Source: Heteronotia binoei (lineage: Eukaryota). From it: DNA of 64,000 bases. The notes beneath the pieces are model-generated. The model was not told where the DNA came from and ran no database searches. It worked only from the letters and a program-made list of their open reading frames with translations. Shown piece after piece: positions 62,650-64,000 of the stretch (positions are counted from its first letter, which is position 1; the number at the start of each line of letters is the position of its first letter). The position numbers were made by a program, and so were the translations under genes. The DNA is taken from the NCBI RefSeq assembly GCF_032191835.1, contig NC_083229.1, positions 93,868,001 to 93,932,000 on the forward strand. Direction: 5' to 3'.

Positions 62650-62797
62650 GACTAGACTAAACTAGACTAGACTAGACTAGAAGTCTGAAGAGTACATATA
62701 GGCCATCCAAATCCATGCTCCTGCTCGATGCAGGATCGGCCTAAAGAATCCCTGACAAGTGTTTGTTCAGCTGCTGCATGAAGACTGCCACCTCCCT
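62650..62797 (-). mobile_element. CR1 3' end fragment with (GACTA)n tail
   Basis: ggccatccaaatcc..cctgctcgatgcagga..cctaaagaatccctgacaag..gaagactgcc is the reverse of the CR1 end seen at 45845-45895. Confidence 0.65.
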
Positions 62798-62821
62798 ATG
62801 TACTTGATTCCACTACTGAAC

Positions 62822-62826
<5 letters not shown>

Positions 62827-62855
<29 letters not shown>
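62827..62855. repeat. (TG)n microsatellite
   Basis: Seen directly. Confidence 0.95.
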
Positions 62856-62857
<2 letters not shown>

Positions 62858-62863
62858 TAATAT

Positions 62864-62995
62864 CCTGGCTAGTATTTGGATGGGAGACCACCAAGAAATA
62901 TCAGGGTCACAATGCGGAGGCAGGGAATGGCAAACCACTTCTGGATGTCTCTTGCCTTGGAAACTCTATGGGGTCGGCTGTGACTTGACACAAGA
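62864..62995 (+). mobile_element. 5'-truncated 5S rRNA-headed SINE
   Basis: cctggctagtatttggatgggagacc (5S box-C region) plus the same tail as 29016 and 52444. Confidence 0.75.
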
Positions 62996-63502
62996 ACAAC
63001 AGTACTTTGTCACAGATACCCCCTTTCTGTCACCTATGTCTCCTCTATATGCACAACAAAAATGGATATTAAATTACAAAATAGGAGTTTTATTTGATTG
63101 TTGAGGGGAGGGGAAAACAGTACAGTCTCTTTCTCTAGAATTTGCTAGTTTGTCTGTTTGTCTGACTCTCAAAGCCAAGGATGATTGTTTTAATCATCTG
63201 TCCTGAATTAGAGCCTGGTACTTTGTGCATTCTCACAGTGCCACTTGGAAATTGTAGTTGGATCCAGTAAGTATGAACCAATATGAAGAATGCTGCTAAC
63301 TGGTAAATACTGGCTATGGTGGAGTCCCGGAAACAGCACATATATTCAAAATTCAGCTTTTTAGGGGGGGAAATGATGCATGATCTGCTCTGTGACTGTA
63401 GGAAACATACGATCGAGCAAGTCAGTGCACCACTGTATTGTGAGCATGTACCAACATTGGCTACTCAGCCTGCCACTCCACCACATGCCACCACAGTATT
63501 GG

Positions 63503-63551
63503 TTTTTAAAAAATATTGCTTTTTAAAAATATTGCTTTTTAAAAAATATTG
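63503..63551. repeat. Short tandem repeat, ~18-bp unit x3
   Basis: tttttaaaaaatattgc is repeated. Confidence 0.8.
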
Positions 63552-63719
63552 TTAACAATTAGTCAAGGTGTTCATATGAAATGTTCAGCTTGAGTGCAAA
63601 ATGGCATTGCAAAACAATGTCAAATCAACTTTTAAATGTTTATTTGCATAAATCTAGCTATTCCTAACATATATTGGACTAGTGGGAAAAAATCAACAGA
63701 TCACTAGAGATGTGAGAAA

Positions 63720-64000
63720 CATACTCCATTCAAAACCGGAGGAGGCTATTGAGCAGCCGCTGGCAATTGGCAGCCTCCCATTCCCTTGGATGAAACCACA
63801 AAGTTGGGGGAGAACCTATGCGAGCTCAGTGTGGGAGAGTTGACCAATCAGGGAGGGGCGGGCCAGCTAGGGCTGGCTGCTGCCGCCGTCTCTGGTCATT
63901 CTGGTCCAGCACGAGCTCCGCACCCGCCACCCTCTTGTTAAGATCATGTAGGATTAGCTAGTCACCAGTTATGGGGCTGAGTAGGAATTTTTGAGCCTCA
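63720..64000 (+). mobile_element. Probable Ngaro/DIRS-type terminal repeat running off the window (carries CCAAT and GC box)
   Basis: TATGGGGCTGAGTAGGAATTTTT (63970-63992) matches the reverse complement of 21140-21164, preceded in both by a similar ccc-rich tract. CCAATCAGGGAGGGGCGGG at ~63844. Confidence 0.5.

Overview
Vertebrate genomic DNA, most likely a squamate and probably a gecko. That is an inference from Sauria-type and Squam3-like SINEs, 5S-headed SINEs and abundant TAGGGTTGCCA-ended hAT elements. There is one 150-N assembly gap (58945-59094). I found no intact host protein-coding gene, so the window reads as a large intron or intergenic region made of AT-rich unique DNA and a dense patchwork of mobile elements. 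These include many non-autonomous hAT elements with visible 8-bp target-site duplications (TSDs), a PIF/Harbinger-like MITE, solo LTRs, L1, L2, CR1, RTE and Penelope-like fragments, and four pieces of Ngaro/DIRS-type tyrosine-recombinase retrotransposons carrying an SGNH-hydrolase ORF. Two host-mRNA retrocopies are present: a disabled COPB2 copy that keeps the 5' end and lacks the 3' two thirds, and a short intronless PFKFB fragment. Almost all ORFs in the supplied track are chance ORFs or parts of these repeats. I cannot support a claim of a wholly new biological system. The best leads are hAT elements with CpG-island-like interior cargo, a 1.3-kb foldback hAT element, the atypical retrocopies with secondary micro-insertions, and two local duplication or templated-insertion signatures. 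Family names and protein comparisons come from memory, not from database searches, and most boundaries without a stated TSD are approximate.
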